Assembly (NCBI GenBank): GCA_003971905.1 | Contig: RSEE01000061.1 | Coordinates: 124,001-188,000, forward strand | Length of the DNA stretch: 64,000 nucleotides | Origin: Moniliella sp. 'wahieum' | Taxonomy: Eukaryota | Direction: 5' to 3' | Shown here: positions 63,182 to 64,000 of the stretch, one piece after another | Layout of the letters: each line of letters starts with the position of its first letter | Numbering within the stretch: the stretch's first letter is position 1 | The notes under the pieces: generated by a model | What the model was told of the DNA's origin: nothing | The model's database searches: none | Seen by the model: only the letters and a program-made list of their open reading frames with translations | Made by a program: the position numbers and the translations under genes

Positions 63182-63296
63182 AACCCTATGGACGTGCTGC
63201 TACCGCGGCATGTGAAACATGTCAACATCAAGGAAACAGATGTAGAACCTAGGTCAGAACAGGTGGTCCGGAGCAGGGAGAGGGCGCCAGCAGGGC

Positions 63297-64000
63297 TTAG
63301 GCCGCCTCTTCGGCGGGAGGCTCGGCTGCGGGCTCGGCGGGCTTCTCAGCCTCCTGCATGTCCGACGTCCAGAGCGTCAGGTTATCCCGGAGCAGCTGCA
63401 TAATGAGCGTCGAGTCCTTGTACGATTCCTCCGAAAGCGTGTCGAGCTCGGCAATGGCATCGTCAAACGCCTGCTTGGCCAGGTGGCAGGCACGGTCGGG
63501 CGAGTTGAGAATCTCGTAGTAGAAGACGGAGAAGTTGAGCGCCAGGCCGAGGCGGATGGGGGGGTGGGAGCCAAGTCGGCGGTAGCCACCTCGGAAGCCT
63601 TCTGGTACGCCTCCAGCGACTGGTTGGCGCTTTCCTCGCGCGTCGCGCCCGTAGCAAACTCGGCGAGGTAGCGGTGGTAGTCGCCCTTCATCTTGTAGTA
63701 GAACACCTTGCTCTCCCGGAAGCAGCCGAGGGGATGAGGTGGGTGTCGAGAACGTTGAGGATGTCCTGGCAAATCTTGGCCAGTTCCGTCTCAATCTTCT
63801 CGCGGTAGGTCTTGACCAGACCGGCCTGGGAAGTATGGCCCTTGCTCTCCTCCTTCTGCTCGATGGATGACACGATCCGCCACGAGGCACGGCGAGCACC
63901 AATCACGTTCTTGTACGCAACCGACAGCAGGTTGCGCTCCTCAACCGTCAGCTCCTCGCCAGTGGAGGCAACGAGCTTCATGTGTTCCACCATTTCTAAC
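63297..64000 (-). CDS. 14-3-3 protein (Bmh/Rad24 family); 5' part lies outside the window; frameshifted
   Basis: [122 protein letters not shown]. Confidence 0.97.

Overview
GC-rich, intron-poor fungal genomic DNA. It is most consistent with a basidiomycete yeast or smut-like lineage (inference from eEF3, Spt23/Mga2, Mic60, GT..CTRAC..YAG introns and few introns overall). About 20 protein-coding genes are recognisable: an amino-acid permease, two GPI-type secreted proteins, a GCFC/Ntr2-type splicing factor, a Cdc15/SepH kinase, Mic60, Snu23, an STL1-type sugar porter, a phosducin-like protein, a small hydrophilin, Spt23/Mga2, DUF92, an Sds3-like protein, eEF3, an orphan, a single-RRM Scw1/Whi3-like protein, a UCH, Grr1, SmF and 14-3-3. 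There is also an intron-containing tRNA-Arg(ACG). Most long CDSs are broken by small indels, probably unpolished long-read error, so boundaries are approximate. The most striking unexplained signal is in intergenic DNA: many clusters of 6-bp palindromes A-x-y-y'-x'-T (AACGTT, AGGCCT, ATCGAT, ATGCAT, ACGCGT, ACATGT, AGATCT, AAGCTT, AGCGCT, AGTACT, ACCGGT, ACTAGT) chained with one-base spacers in a 7-bp register, giving T-G/C-A junctions every 7 bp. Different cores are interchangeable within one array, and the arrays lie mostly upstream of gene starts.
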